Assembly: GCA_964057225.1 (NCBI GenBank)
Contig: OZ059898.1
Coordinates: forward strand, 10,230,001 to 10,294,000
Reading direction: 5' to 3'
Length of the DNA: 64,000 nt
Origin: Auanema rhodensis
Taxonomy: Eukaryota; Animalia; Nematoda
Shown here: piece after piece, positions 63,998 to 64,000 of the stretch
How the letters are laid out: each line of letters begins with the position of its first letter
Numbering within the stretch: position 1 is the first letter of the stretch
Translations under genes and position numbers: made by a program
Notes under the pieces: generated by a model
Databases searched by the model: none
Told to the model about the DNA's origin: nothing
What the model saw: only the letters and a program-made list of their open reading frames with translations

Positions 63998-64000
63998 TTG

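Larger units (their letters stand above)
43943..64000. repeat. Right arm of tRNA-Gly/231-bp satellite composite tandem array (23 tRNA cassettes; continues beyond window end)
   Basis: Same monomer and cassette; resumes in register directly after the 3' LTR (ATTTAAAGAGAATTGTAAG). Confidence 0.97.

Overview
Eukaryotic DNA, probably from a nematode or another invertebrate (inferred from the element type). The window is almost entirely a tandem array of ~231-bp AT-rich satellite monomers. A fixed 172-bp cassette carrying a complete tRNA-Gly(GCC) gene (minus strand) is interspersed every 1-6 monomers. I count 58 full tRNA copies, 35 left and 23 right of the insertion. The array is interrupted once, at 34169-43942, by a BEL/Pao (Belpaoviridae) LTR retrotransposon/endogenous virus. 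Its LTRs are identical except for a (CT)n length difference. It has a gag-PR-RT-RH-IN frame broken by one frameshift and one TAG, an in-frame phlebovirus Gc-like env, and an extra 3' ORF with three Cys/His knuckles. Most notably, its primer-binding site is a ~49-nt antisense copy of the tRNA-Gly(GCC) that forms the array (including CCA), and the element sits 57 bp upstream of one of those tRNA genes. The many short ORFs in the satellite are spurious. All alignments were done by eye; no database searches were run.
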